A DNA stretch of 64,000 nt from Octopus sinensis. Lineage: Eukaryota. The position numbers were made by a program, and so were the translations under genes. This document shows positions 1 through 14,589 of this stretch, piece after piece; the stretch's first letter is position 1, and every line of letters starts with the position of its first letter. The notes under the pieces were generated by a model. That model was not told the DNA's origin. It was given only the letters and a program-made list of their open reading frames with translations, and did no database searches. The stretch covers positions 55,490,001 through 55,554,000 of the forward strand of contig NC_043006.1 of assembly GCF_006345805.1 (NCBI RefSeq). The letters are read 5' to 3'.

Positions 1-3000
1 TATCTAGGTTATACAGGCATATGATGTGGAAACTGTGGAGATAGGGAGCTAATGAGAGTTATATTTTCGTATGTTCCGTCTGTTACGATACTGATATCCA
101 ATGCCTCATTCTCATGCACACATACACACACACAAGCGACATATCTAGGTTATTCGGGCATATGATGTGGAAACTGTGGAGATAGAGAGCTAATGAGAGT
201 TATATTTTCGTATGTTCCGTCTGTTTCGGTACTGATATCCAATGCCTCATTCTCATGCACACATACACACACACAAGCGACATATCTAGGTTATTCAGGC
301 ATATGATGTGGAAACTGTGGAGATAGGGAGCTAATGAGAGTTATATTTTCGTATGTTCCGTCTGTTTCGATACTGATATCCAATGCCTCATTCTCATGCA
401 CACATACACACACACAAGCGACATATCTAAGTTATTCAGGCATATGATGTGGAAACTGTGGAGATAGGGAACTAATGATAGTTATATCTTCGTATGTTCC
501 GTCTGTTTCGATACTGATATCCAATACCTCATTCTCATGCACACATACACACACACAAGCGACATATCTAGGTTATTCAGGCATATGATGTGGAAACTGT
601 GGAGATAGGGAGCAAATGAGAGTTATATTTTCGTATGTTCCGTCTGTTTCGATACTGATATCCAATACCTCATTCTCATGCACACATACACACACACAAG
701 CGACATATCTAGGTTATTCAGGCATATGATGTGGAAACTGTGGATATAGGGAGCTAATGAGAGTTATATTTTCGTATGTTCCGTCTGTTTCGATACTGAT
801 ATCCAATACCTCATTCTCATGCACACATACACACACACAAGCGTCATATCTAGGTTATTCGGGCATATGATGTGGAAACTGTGGAGATAGGGAGCTAATG
901 AGAGTTATATTTTCGTATGTTCCGTCAGTTTCGATACTGATATCCAATGCCTCATTCTCATGCACACATACACACACAGAAGCGACATATCTAGGTTATT
1001 CAGGCATATGATGTGGAAACTGTGGAGATAGGGAGCTAATGAGAGTTATATTTTCGTATGTTCCGTCTGTTTCGATACTGATATCCAATACCTCATTCAC
1101 ATGCACACATACACACACACACACACAAAAGCGACATATCTAGGTTATTCAGGCATATGATGTGGAAACTGTGGAGATAGGGAGCTAATGAGAGTTATAT
1201 TTTCGTATGTTCCGTCTGTTTCGATACTGATATCCAATACCTCATTCTCATGCACACATACACACACACAAGCGACATATCTAGGTTATTCGGGCATATG
1301 ATGTGGAAACTGTGGAGATAGGGAGCTAATGAGAGTTATATTTTCGTTTGTTCCGTCTGTTTCGATACTGATATCCAATACCTCATTCTCATGCACACAT
1401 ACACACACACAAGCGACATATCTAGGTTATTCAGGCATATGATGTGGAAACTGTGAAGATAGGGAGCTAATGAGAGTTATATTTTCGTATGTTCCGTCTG
1501 TTTCGATACTGATATACAATGCCTCATTCTCATGCACACATACACACACACAAGCGACATATCTAGGATATTCAGGCATATAATGTGGAAACTGTGGAGA
1601 TAGGGAGCTAATGAGGGGTATATTTTCGTATGTTCCGTCTGTTTCGATACTGATAACCAATACCTCATTCTCATGCACACATCCACACACACAAGCGACA
1701 TATCTAGGTTATTCAGGCATATGATGTGGAAACTGTGGAGATAGGGAGCTAATGAGAGTTATATTTTCGTATGTTCCGTCTGTTTCGATACTGATATTCA
1801 ATGCCTCATTCTCATGCACACATACACACACACAAGCGACATATCTAGGTTATTCAGGCATATGATGTGGAAACTGTGGAGATAGAGAGCTAATGAGAGT
1901 TATATTTTCGTATGTTCCGTCTGTTTCGATACTGATATCCAATACCTCATTGTCATGCACACATATACACACACAAGCGACATATCTAGGCTATTGAGGC
2001 ATATGATGTGGAAACTGTGGAGATAGGGAGCTAATGAGAGTTATATTTTCGTATGTTCCGTCTGTTTCGATACTGATATCCAATGCCTCATTCTCATGCA
2101 CACATACACACACACAAGCGACATATCTAGGTTATTCAGGCATATGATGTGGAAACTGTGGAGATAGGGAGCTAATGAGAGTTATGTTTTCGTATGTTCC
2201 GTCTGTTTCGATACTGATATCCAATACCTCATTCTCATGCACACATACACACACAGAAGCAACATATCTAGGTTATTCAGGCATATGATGTGGAAACTGT
2301 GGAGATGGGGAGCTAATGAGAGTTATATTTTCGTATGTTCCGTCTGTTTCGATACTGATATCCAATGCCTCATTCTCATGCACACATACACACACACAAG
2401 CGACATATCTAGGTTATTCAGGCATATGATGTGGAAACTGTGGAGATAGGGAGCTAATGAGAGTTATATTTTCGTACGTTCCGACTGTTTCGATACTGAT
2501 ATCCAATACCTCATTCTCATGCACACATACACACACACAAGCGACATATCTAGGTTATTCAGGCATATGATGTGGAAACTGTGGAGATAGGGAGCTAATG
2601 AGAGTTATATTTTCGTATGTTCCGTCTGTTTCGATACTGATATCCAATGCCTCATTCTCATGCACACATACACACACACAAGCGACATATCTAGGTTATT
2701 CGGGCATATGATGTGGAAACTGTGGAGATAGAGAGCTAATGAGAGTTATATTTTCGTATGTTCTGTCTGTTTCGATACTGATATCCAATGCCTCATTCTC
2801 ATGCACACATACACACAAACAAGCGACATATCTAGGTTATTCAGGCATATGATGTGGAAACTGTGGAGATAGAGAGCTAATGAGAGTTATATTTTCGTAT
2901 GTTCCGTCTGTTTCGATACTGATATCCAATACCTCATTCTCATGCACACATACACACAGACAAGCGACATATCTAGGTTATTCAGGCATATGATGTGGAA

Positions 3001-6000
3001 TCTGTGGAGATAGGGAGCTAATGAGAGTTATATTTTCGTATGTTCCGTCTGTTTCGATACTGATATCCAATACCTCATTCTCATGCACACATACACACAC
3101 ACACAAGCGACATATCTAGGTTATTCAGGCATATGATGTGGAAACTGTGGAGATAGGGAGCTAATGAGAGTTATATTTTCGTATGTTCCGTCTGTTTCGA
3201 TACTGATATACAATACCTCATTCTCATGCACACATACAAACACACAAGCGACATGTCTAGGATATTCAGGCATATGATGTGGAAACTGTGAAGATAGGGA
3301 GCTAATGAGAGTTATATTTTCGTATGTTCCGTCTGTTTCGATACTGATATCCAATACCTCATTCTCATGCACACATACACACACACAAGCGACATATCTA
3401 GGTTATTCAGGCATATGATGTGGAAACTGTGGAGATAGGGAGCTAATGAGAGTTATATTTTCGTATGTTCCGTCTGTTTCGATACTGATATCGAATGCCT
3501 CATTCTCATGCACACATACACACACACAAGCGACATATCTAGGTTATTCGGGCATATGATGTGGAAACTGTGGAGATAGAGAGCTAATGAGAGTTATATT
3601 TTCGTATGTTCTGTCTGTTTCGATACTGATATCCAATGCCTCATTCTCATGCACACATACACACAAACAAGCGACATATCTAGGTTATTCGGGCATATGA
3701 TGTGGAAACTGTGGAGATAGAGAGCTAATGAGAGTTATATTTTCGTATGTTCCGTCTGTTTCGATACTGATATCCAATACCTCATTCTCATGCACACATA
3801 CACACAAACAAGCGACATATCTAGGTTATTCAGGCATATGATGTGGAAACTGTGAAGATAGGGAGCTAATGAGAGTTATATTTTCGTATGTTCCGTCTGT
3901 TTCGATACTGATATACAATGCCTCATTCTCATGCACACATACACACACACAAGCGACATATCTAGGATATTCAGGCATATAATGTGGAAACTGTGGAGAT
4001 AGGGAGCTAATGAGGGGTATATTTTCGTATGTTCCGTCTGTTTCGATACTGATAACCAATACCTCATTCTCATGCACACATCCACACACACAAGCGACAT
4101 ATCTAGGTTATTCAGGCATATGATGTGGAAACTGTGGAGATAGGGAGCTAATGAGAGTTATATTTTCGTATGTTCCGTCTGTTTCGATACTGATATTCAA
4201 TGCCTCATTCTCATGCACACATACACACACACAAGCGACATATCTAGGTTATTCAGGCATATGATGTGGAAACTGTGGAGATAGAGAGCTAATGAGAGTT
4301 ATATTTTCGTATGTTCCGTCTGTTTCGATACTGATATCCAATACCTCATTGTCATGCACACATATACACACACAAGCGACATATCTAGGCTATTCAGGCA
4401 TATGATGTGGAAACTGTGGAGATAGGGAGCTAATGAGAGTTATATTTTCGTATGTTCCGTCTGTTTCGATACTGATATCCAATGCCTCATTCTCATGCAC
4501 ACTTACACACACACAAGCGACATATCTAGGTTATTCAGGCATATGATGTGGAAACTGTGGAGATAGGGAGCTAATGAGAGTTATGTTTTCGTATGTTCCG
4601 TCTGTTTCGATACTGATATCCAATACCTCATTCTCATGCAGACATACACACACAGAAGCGACATATCTAGGTTATTCAGGCATATGATGTGGAAACTGTG
4701 GAGATGGGGAGCTAATGAGAGTTATATTTTCGTATGTTCCGTCTGTTTCGATACTGATATCCAATGCCTCATTCTCATGCACACATACACACACACAAGC
4801 GACATATCTAGGTTATTCAGGCATATGATGTGGAAACTGTGGAGATAGGGAGCTAATGAGAGTTATATTTTCGTACGTTCCGACTGTTTCGATACTGATA
4901 TCCAATACCTCATTCTCATGCACACATACACACACACAAGCGACATATCTAGGTTATTCAGGCATATGATGTGGAAACTGTGGAGATAGGGAGCTAATGA
5001 GAGTTATATTTTCGTATGTTCCGTCTGTTTCGATACTGATATCCAATGCCTCATTCTCATGCACACATACACACACACACAAGCGACATATCTAGGTTAT
5101 TCAGGCATATGATGTGGAAACTGTGGAGATAGGGAGCTCATGAGAGTTATATTTTCGTATGTTCCGTCTGTTTCGATACTGATATACAATACCTCATTCT
5201 CATGCACACATACAAACACACAAGCGACATGTCTAGGATATTCAGGCATATGATGTGGAAACTGTGAAGATAGGGAGCTAATGAGAGTTATATTTTCGTA
5301 TGTTCCGTCTGTTTCGATACTGATATCCAATGCCTCATTCTCATGCACACATACACACACACAAGCGACATATCTAGGTTATTCAGGCATATGATGTGGA
5401 AACTGTGGAGATAGGGAGCTAATGAGAGTTATATTTTCGTATGTTCCGTCTGTTTCGATACTGATATCCAATGCCTCATTCTCATGCACACATACACACA
5501 CACAAGCGACATATCTAGGTTATTCGGGCATATGATGTGGAAACTGTGGAGATAGAGAGCTAATGAGAGTTATATTTTCGTATGTTCCGTCTGTTTCGAT
5601 ACTGATATCCAATGCCTCATTCTCATGCACACATACACACAAACAAGCGACATATCTAGGTTATTCAGGCACATGATGTGGAAACTGTGGAGATAGGGAG
5701 CTAATGAGAGTTATATTTTCGTATGTTCCGTCTGTTTCGATACTGATATCCAATACCTCATTCTCATGCACACATACACACACACAAGCGACATATCTAG
5801 GTTATTCAGGCATATGATGTGGAAACTGTGAAGATAGGGAGCTAATGAGAGTTATATTTTCGTAAGTTCCGTCTGTTTCGATACTGATATCCAATGCCTC
5901 ATTCTCATGGACACATACACACACACAAGCGACATATCTAGGATATTCAGGCATATGATGTGGAAACTGTGGAGATAGGGAGCTAATGAGAGTTATATAT

Positions 6001-9000
6001 TCGTATGTTCCGTCTGTTTCGATACTGATATCCAATACCTCATTCTCATGCACACATCCACACACACAAGCGACATATCTAGGTTATTCAGGCATATGAT
6101 GTGGAAACTGTGGAGATAGGGAGCTAATGAGAGTTATATTTTCGTATGTTCCGTCTGTTTCGATAGTGATATCCATTGCCTCATTCTCATGCACACATAC
6201 ACACACACAAGCGACATATCTAGGTTATTCAGGCATATGATGTGGAAACTGTGGAGATAGGGAGCTAATGAGAGTTATATTTTCGTATGTTCCGTCTGTT
6301 TCGATACTGATATCCAATACCTCATTCTCATGCACACATACACACACACAAGCGACATATCTAGGTTATTCAGGCATATGATGTGGAAACTGTGGAGATA
6401 GGGTGCTAATGAGAGTTATATTTTCGTATGTTCCGTCAGTTTCGATACTGATATCCAATGCCTCATTCTCATGCACACATACACACACACAAGCGACATA
6501 TCTAGGTTATTCAGGCATATGATGTGGAAACTGTGGAGATAGGGACCTAATGAGAGATATATTTTCGTATGTTCCGTCTGTTTCGATACTGATATCCAAT
6601 ACCTCATTCTCATGCACACATACACACACACAAACGACATATCTAGGTTGTTCAGGCATATGATGTGGAAACTGTGGAGATAGGGAGCTAATGAGAGTTA
6701 TATTTTCGTATGTTCCGTCTGTTTCGATACTGATATCCAATGCCTCATTCTCATGCACACATACACACACACAAGCGACATATCTAGGTTATTCAGGCAT
6801 ATGATGTGGAAACTGTGGAGATAGGTAGCTAATGAGAGTTATATTTTCGTATGTTCCGTCTGTTTCGATACTGATATCCAATACCTCATTCTCATGCACA
6901 CATACACACACACAAACGACATATCTAGGTTGTTCAGGCATATGATGTGGAAACTGTGGAGATAGGGAGCTAATGAGAGTTATATTTTCGTATGTTCCGT
7001 CTGTTTCGATACTGATATCCAATGCCTCATTCTCATGCACACATACACACACACAAGCGACATATCTAGGCTATTCAGGCATATGATGTGGAAACTGTGG
7101 AGATAGAGAGCTAATGAGAGTTATATTTTCGTATGTTCCGTCTGTTTCGATACTGATATCCAATACCTCATTCTCATGCACACATACACACACCCAAGCG
7201 ACATATCTAGGCTATTCAGGCATATGATGTGGAAACTGTGGAGATAGGTAGCTAATGAGAGTTATATTTTCGTACGTTCCGTCTGTTTCGATACTGATAT
7301 CCAATACCTCATTCTCATGCACACATACACACACACAAGCGACATATCTATGTTATTCGGGCATATGATGTGGAAACTGTGGAGATAGGGAGCTAATGAG
7401 AGTTATATTTTCGTATGTTCCGTCTGTTTTGATACTGATATCCAATGCCTCATTCTCATGCACACATACACACACAGAAGCGACATATCTAGGTTATTCA
7501 GGCATATGATGTGGAAACTGTGGAGATAGGGAGCTAATGAGAGTTATATTTTCGTATGTTCCGTCTGTTTCGATACTGATATCAAATACCTCATTCTCAT
7601 GCACACATACACACACAGAAGCGACATATCTAGGTTATTCAGGCATATGATGTGGAAACTGTGGAGATAGGGAGCTAATGAGAGTTATATTTTCGTATGT
7701 TCCGTCTGTTTCGATACTGATATCCAATGCCTCATTCTCATGCACACATACACACACACAAGCGACATATCTAGGTTATTCAGGCATATGATGTGGAAAC
7801 TATGGAGATAGGGAGCTAATGAGAGTTATATTTTCGTATGTTCCGTCTGTTTCGATACTGATATCCAATACCTCATTCTCATGCACACATACACACACAC
7901 AAGCGACATATCTAGGTTATTCAGGCATATGATGTGGAAACTGTGGAGATAGGGAGCTAATGAGAGTTATATTTTCGTATGTTCCGTCTGTTTCGATACT
8001 GATATCCAATACCTCATTCTCATGCACACATACACACACACAAGCGACATATCTAGGTTATTCAGGCATATGATGTGGAAACTGTGGAGATAGGGAGCTA
8101 ATGAGAGTTATATTTTCGTATGTTCCGTCTGTTTCGATACTGATATCCAATGCCTCATTCTCATGCACACATACACACACACAAGCGACATATCTAGGTT
8201 ATTCAGGCATATGATGTGGAAACTGTGGAGATAGGGAGCTAATGAGAGTTATATTTTCGTATGTTCCGTCTGTTTCGATACTGATATCCAATACCTCATT
8301 CTCATGTACACATACACACACACAAGCGACATATCTAGGTTATTCAGGCATATGATGTGGAAACTGTGGAGATAGGGAGCTAATGAGAGTTATATTTTCG
8401 TATGTTCCGTCTGTTTCGATACTGATATCCAATACCTCATTCTCATGCACACATACACACACACAAGCGACATATCTATGTTATTCAGGCATATGATGTG
8501 GAAACTGTGGAGATAGGGAGCTAATGAGAGTTATATTTTCGTATGTTCCGTCTGTTTCGATACTGATATTCAATGCCTCATTCTCATGCACACTTACACA
8601 CACACAAGCGACATTTCTAGGTTATTCAGGCATATGATGTGGAAACTGTGGAGATAGGGAGCTAATGAGAGTTATATTTTCGTATGTTCCGTCTGTTTCG
8701 ATACTGATATCCAATGCCTCATTCTCATGCACACTTACACACACACAAGCGACATTTCTAGGTTATTCAGGCATATGATGTGGAAACTGTGGAGATAGGG
8801 AGCTAATGAGAGTTATATTTTCGTATGTTCCGTCTGTTTCGATACTGATATCCAATACCTCATTCTCATGTACACATACACACACACAAGCGACATATCT
8901 AGGTTATTCAGGCATATGATGTGGAAACTGTGGAGATAGGGAGCTAATGAGAGTTATATTTTCGTATGTTCCGTCTGTTTCGATACTGATATCCAATACC

Positions 9001-9566
9001 TCATTCTCATGCACACATACACACACACAAGCGACATATCTATGTTATTCAGGCATATGATGTGGAAACTGTGGAGATAGGGAGCTAATGAGAGTTATAT
9101 TTTCGTATGTTCCGTCTGTTTCGATACTGATATCCAATGCCTCATTCTCATGCACACTTACACACACACAAGCGACATTTCTAGGTTATTCAAGCATATG
9201 ATGTGGAAACTGTGGAGATAGGGAGCTAATGAGAGTTATATTTTCGTATGTTCCGTCTGTTTCGATACTGATATCCAATACCTCATTCTCATGCACACAT
9301 ACACACACACAAGCGACATATCTAGGCTATTCAGGCATATGATGTGGAAACTGTGGAGATAGGGAGCTAATGAGAGTTATATTTTCGTATGTTCTGTCTG
9401 TTTCGATACTGATATCCAATGCCTCATTCTCATGCACACATACACACACACAAGCGACATATCTAGGTTATTCAGGCATGATGTGGAAACTGTGGAGATA
9501 GAGAGCTAATGAGTGTTATATTTTCGTATGTTCCGTCTGTTTCGATACTGATATCCAATGCCTCAT

Positions 9567-9570
<4 letters not shown>
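1..9570. repeat. 141-bp tandem satellite array (about 68 monomers, runs off window start)
   Basis: Monomer TATCTAGGTTATTCAGGCATATGATGTGGAAACTG...CATACACACACACAAGCGACA repeats head-to-tail with only scattered substitutions. ORF-track repeats recur at multiples of 141, plus 2 bp where a CA is added. Confidence 0.98.
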
Positions 9571-9600
<30 letters not shown>

Positions 9601-10634
9601 ACAAGGTCCATTCCAGAAATTTGAAGACTTTTTCGGGAGGGCCATTTATTCATTTAATTTCAAAGGAGTACGAAACTCTAATCTCCTTCAAACTAGGATC
9701 TTCTGATTTCAGTGTACTTGAAGCGCTCTAGCCATTTCATGAAGGCCGCTTGGAAGCTTTCCAAAGTGAAAGTGTCTAAGACCATTGTCACAGCCTCTTT
9801 CATTTTCTCAAAATCTGAAAACCGACTGCCCCTAAGTTCTTCCTGGGCTAGGGGAACAACCCAAAGTTACGGGGAGCAAGGCCTGGACTATAAGGAGAGT
9901 AAGGGTAGTTTTGATGTATATCACTGTCAAGTATTTGGTTGGAATTATGGATTAGCACATTGTTCTGGTGCGGTTGTCACCAATCTGAGTGGAAGAGCTC
10001 TGGCCTTTTGCCACAATATCTCTTCATGAACTGCCTCAAAACCTCCACAAAGTACTCCTTGTCGACCGTCTGGTCAGAGGGAATCCAGTAGACACAGATG
10101 ATACCCTTGTAGTCGAAAAAAAAGTGATTATGAAGACCTCGGTGGACTTGCCCTCCTGACATTCTTGAATGTGGGGGAGCCACGATACTTCCATTGGGTA
10201 CTTTGTCACTTGGTATCTGGATCATAACTGCCGCTAAGAGACTCAAGTACTCTTAGATTGGAGGTAATGAGCTTAACTTGCTATCACCCTCTCTAACGTC
10301 CTTGAACCTCATGTGTCAGCATAAAAAAAAAACGTTCAACTCACACAAGTTAATCTATAAGCAGTCTAGATCATTTCATAAGTTTCTGTAGTGCTGTAGC
10401 GTTTTTGTCCAATTTAACACAAAAGTTTATAGCATAGTGAGTTTCCAAATTGTCAAGACATACAAACTAATCATCTGTGATAAGCAGTGCTTTATAGAGT
10501 GTGTTCAAAGTTCCGATATAGCTGTCTCCTCTAATCTGGAATAAAAGTATTGGCAGACCAGTTTATTAGATACATAAAATTACAATAACCTACAACTAAC
10601 AAAAGACCTCAAAAAGTCTGGAATGCACCTCTTA
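9601..10634 (-). mobile_element. Decayed mariner (DD34D-type) DNA transposon
   Basis: Imperfect TIRs AAGGTCCATTCCAGAAATTTGAAGAC and GACCTCAAAAAGTCTGGAATGCACCTCTTA. Minus-strand transposase remnants FFFDYKGII..YWIPSDQTVDKEYFVEVLRQ and a mariner C-terminus (EKMKEAVTMVLDTFTLESFQAAFMKWLERFK), with frameshifts. Confidence 0.85.
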
Positions 10635-10683
10635 CCACACACACAGATATGCATATACATACATACATACATACATACATACA

Positions 10684-10719
<36 letters not shown>

Positions 10720-10759
10720 CATTTATACATATATATATATATATATAATATATAATATA

Positions 10760-10804
<45 letters not shown>

Positions 10805-10806
<2 letters not shown>

Positions 10807-10985
10807 CGCCATGATAGACCGTTAGCCACTACACACATTTTTTTCTCTCCTTGCTTCTCTCCTTGTTTTCTGTCTCCCTTTCTGTAGAAGAGCGTAGGCT
10901 CGAAACGTAAAAGACTTTTTCTATTCCTGAGCGTTATACTAATACATTTGTTTGTTTTGTACACCACCCGTCTTCGTCTCGCCCT
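10805..10985 (+). mobile_element. Short non-autonomous element with Penelope-like tail, set in (AT)n
   Basis: Non-microsatellite island between (AT)n arrays containing ...GAAGAGCGTAGGCTCGAAACGTAAAAG, the CGAAACGT-type motif typical of Penelope pLTR ends. Confidence 0.5.
10878..10913 (+). ncRNA. Minimal type I hammerhead-like motif (variant core CUGUAGA)
   Basis: Helix I CTTT/AAAG; core CTGTAGA plus extra A; helix II GAGC-gtag-GCTC; GAAA; palindromic ACGT helix III; GUA triplet. The A6 position is U. Confidence 0.5.
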
Positions 10986-10995
10986 ATATGATATG

Positions 10996-11173
<178 letters not shown>

Positions 11174-11269
11174 GTGGATGAGAGCCAAGGACCATGACCT
11201 AACACCAACAGGTAGTTTGTAAAGGCTAACAATTGCTTAGGTATGTGAGTGGGTCCGGAAATCACGGAA

Positions 11270-11420
11270 CGTTATGGAAATTGAATTAGTAGTGAAATCT
11301 TTTTAAAATGTGGCATCAGTAATGCATTAGATGGCACAGAAAATGACATTCTGTTTGAAGACAGTGACACTTCGGACAGTATCGACGACCCTGATGATTT
11401 TTCTGGTTTGGGGGCCATGG
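11270..11420 (+). pseudogene. pogo/Tigger-like transposase C-terminal remnant
   Basis: After a frameshift, translates as CGISNALDGTENDILFEDSD, matching the pogo-family motif CGISNALDGTEDD. Confidence 0.55.
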
Positions 11421-11855
11421 ATGAGTGCAGTCAGTTTTCAGGAGTGAAATATTTTCCTTATATTCGTACGTTTAATATTTGCACACTTTTCAATCTTTTT
11501 CCATTGTAATTTAATTGTAACGTTTGTTTTGCTATGTCCATGTGAAATTTTACAAATTGTAATAACGTGAAATATTTTCAGGATTTTAAGATTAAAATGT
11601 TTTCTTATTTGTAATATTTCAGCTGTGCAGATTTTAATCTCTGTTCTGTTTTATATCTCGTTCTATTTGGGATGTTATGTTTGAGTGGTACTTCTATAAA
11701 TGTTAGCAATAAGCAAATTATTTTCAGGATTTTATGATTGAAATGGTTTTTATTTAGATTTTACTGTAATCTTTATTTTATTCATATTTTGTTATATTTG
11801 GATGTCATGCTCCTGTGGTATTTACAAAGTGTAACTCGTGCAATAAAATATTATT

Positions 11856-12740
11856 CCGTATTTCACGCAATAATTTTCCTATTGTAGGGTTAGTTTTTCC
11901 TCCGACTAGAACAAAAAATAGTGTATAAGTCTACATCGAATACTACCAACATCTTAAAATACTGCACCAGCTGCAGCCCCGTCCAATTGCATGAACTGAG
12001 ACATCATTTGCCAAGAACCTTCCAGACGAAACACATGGAAATAAAAATAACTGCTGGCCCGAACATGGAAAACTCGAACTGGAGTATTATGTTGCTGGAG
12101 TGGATCCAGAAATTTGTGAGGGTGGGTGGGTCTGAGGTCTGATTCATTGCAATTGATCAATGAAATGACTGTAATATGTTCAGAGATACTTAAAAAATTT
12201 AATTTTTATACTGAGCCCATCAAGGGTTGTTTGTTGCTGGTACAAAAATATGCTTTCAGTCATACGTATTTAAACAAAACAGTAAAATCTGAAAAGTTTC
12301 TTGATTGGTGCAGCCCATACCTCCCCTCCTGAATCCATCCCTATTGGAGTGAAGTTTCAGTATTACAGTGGGTACATAACGGTTGGCGTAAACTTTGAGA
12401 GTAAACTTACCATACCATGTCTCTGTACTGACGGCCCCACAAAACAAATTAGTAATGTGAGTGTTGCCTTTTGTTAGTTTTACAGACTCGAGTGTGGTGT
12501 CACAACGGGAGACAGTCACGGTTAGCCAACGTAAGGGATAGTGCAAATAAGTGCAAGACGAACACCCAAAATAAAATTGGGAACATTTTAAGTGGCGTAC
12601 TTTTTTCATCTTATCTGTAAAGGTAACAGACCCGAAGTGCCAGGGCCTTATTTTTATACTCATTTAAAAAAAAAATTGGGTTGTCAAAATTAGGGTGCGT
12701 TCACGAGGATGAAGCGTCTTTTACTCCGGGGAATACGGCA
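11856..12740. mobile_element. Degenerate pogo/Tc2-like DNA element
   Basis: Right end GCGTCTTTTACTCCGGGGAATACGG resembles a pogo/Tigger TIR; possible left TIR CCGTATTTCACGC; weak DDE_1-like peptide (LLEWIQKFV). Confidence 0.35.
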
Positions 12741-12934
12741 TGTTGCGTTTCGCCTTCTGGTTTACTGTATAATTATTGCATATTATATACAATTTAGTGT
12801 AAGCTATTTCAGTTCGTTCTGCATTTCTTTGTCCAATAAATGGGTATCAGCTACTACTCACGCGAAGTTTTAGAAAAAATATAGGCCACAGCACGGACAC
12901 ACGTCCAATTAATTTATTTGCATTATGTGAGTTG

Positions 12935-13781
12935 TACGAGGGTGTAGGCAAAAGTAACCAGAAACATTGTTCCCCGTGGGACAAATACGTAGCAGTTCAG
13001 GCTTCTGCCGCAAGGATCTACTTGATGCGACCCTCAGGCATCATTAAGTGAGGCCATACTGCCACGTTGTGCGTCTTTGTTTTGCAGTGCTTCTCCCCTG
13101 TTCGTTGATTTTTGCGATGATTGAAACGAAAGAACAGAATGCTTCCGTGAAATTCTGTTTTCTACTAGGGAAAACGTCCACCGAAACAGTTGCCATACTT
13201 CAAACAGCTTACAAGTTGTTCTTCACTTCTTGCTTGAAGACCAACCTCGTTCAGTGTAACCTTTGAACTCCCGGATGAATGAAAGCATCATGAAAATTCA
13301 TGAACTGATCTTGGAGGACCTTTGCCGGATAATTGACGAACTTGTTGATATAAGTGGTGTGACTTGGAGCTCCTGCCAACGAATTTTGAGCAAGGAATTG
13401 GGAATGAAAAGATTTGAGCTAAATTTGTGCCGCGCTTGCTCACTTAAGATCAAAAGCAGTCACGACTGAATGCGTGTCGTGAATTGAAAGAACAGTTGGA
13501 AGTTGATCTGGACCTTTTTTCGAAGGTCATCACTGGTAACGAAAGCTGGTGCTACGGAATTTGTAGATGTGGAAGAGGTGAAGAAAAAAAAATGACGGAG
13601 GCGTTTAAAGGTATTACTTCGCAAGAGTTCCAACATTGCTTCTAATAGTGGAAAACAAACCTGGACCGATGCATTGCTTCAAATGGAAAATAATTTGAAG
13701 GCGATAAAAGTGTAAACATGTAAAACTAAGTGAATAAAATTATATTGCAAAATGCCAGTTTCTTTTAGGTATCCCATCGTA
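12935..13781 (+). mobile_element. Internally deleted mariner element
   Basis: TIRs TACGAGGGTGTAGGCAAAAG and TTTTAGGTATCCCATCGTA. N-terminus EQNASVKFCFLLGKTSTETV, HTH region, and VITGNESWCY joined directly to the C-terminus DVEEVKKKMTEAFKGITSQEFQHCF; the catalytic middle is deleted. Confidence 0.85.
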
Positions 13782-14085
13782 TGTTCCCAAACCACCTGTT
13801 CTTGTATTAAATGTAATGATAGCAGACGTAATATTAGCACTGTCTCTCTTATGCCTCAGTTCTCTCAACTGCAAAATACACGCATAATCTCACCAGTCAT
13901 TTGTATATGTCTAGATATAGCCAAAAGTTTCACAAACAATGATTCCTTACTAATCTATTCAATAATATGCTCCATATCCAGGAACATATTCTAAAATAAA
14001 TTAAGAGGAAAGAAACTAGAAAATTTAGACGTCATCGACTCACGAAGTGAGAACAAGTTCCAGAGCATAATGTTACAAGATACCA

Positions 14086-14103
14086 CATCAATCAATCAAT
14101 CAG

Positions 14104-14156
<53 letters not shown>

Positions 14157-14165
14157 AAATCAATA

Positions 14166-14217
<52 letters not shown>

Positions 14218-14219
14218 TA

Positions 14220-14308
<89 letters not shown>

Positions 14309-14362
14309 GACCGCCTGCCTGTTTGTCGGCCCACCTGACTACCTGCCTGTTTGTCGGGTTGC

Positions 14363-14410
<48 letters not shown>
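14086..14410. repeat. Compound microsatellite (ATCA)n-(ATCT)n-(GTCT)n then (AT)n
   Basis: Directly visible. Confidence 0.95.
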
Positions 14411-14412
<2 letters not shown>

Positions 14413-14589
14413 CAGTGAAGCTTTACTATAGCGCTGTATATCATTGTCTGCTAGGAAAAGAGAAGTCAGGTCGATGTTTAGATTGTTTCCGTAAACAAAC
14501 GTTGTATATTTTTCACCATATATTAAGTTAGGCAGTGTCTGCAATATATGCGACATGTGTAATAACATTACTGTTCATTAACTTACTCA

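Noticed and set aside
1427-7052. Repeating 87-aa and 74-aa ORFs in the satellite (141 bp = 47 codons)
   Set aside because: The consensus monomer has a stop in each frame; longer ORFs arise only where a point variant removes one. No sign of selection for coding.
1-9570. Satellite as a retrozyme or hammerhead tandem (minus strand AUGA-GGUAUUG/CAGUAUC-GAAAC; plus strand CUAAUGA)
   Set aside because: A helix II-like stem before GAAAC exists, but the core reads AGAAUGA, not CUGANGA, and no NUH with helix I/III can be built. Distant ancestry cannot be excluded but is unsupported.
1-9570. CRISPR array
   Set aside because: No unique spacers, eukaryotic context, no cas genes.
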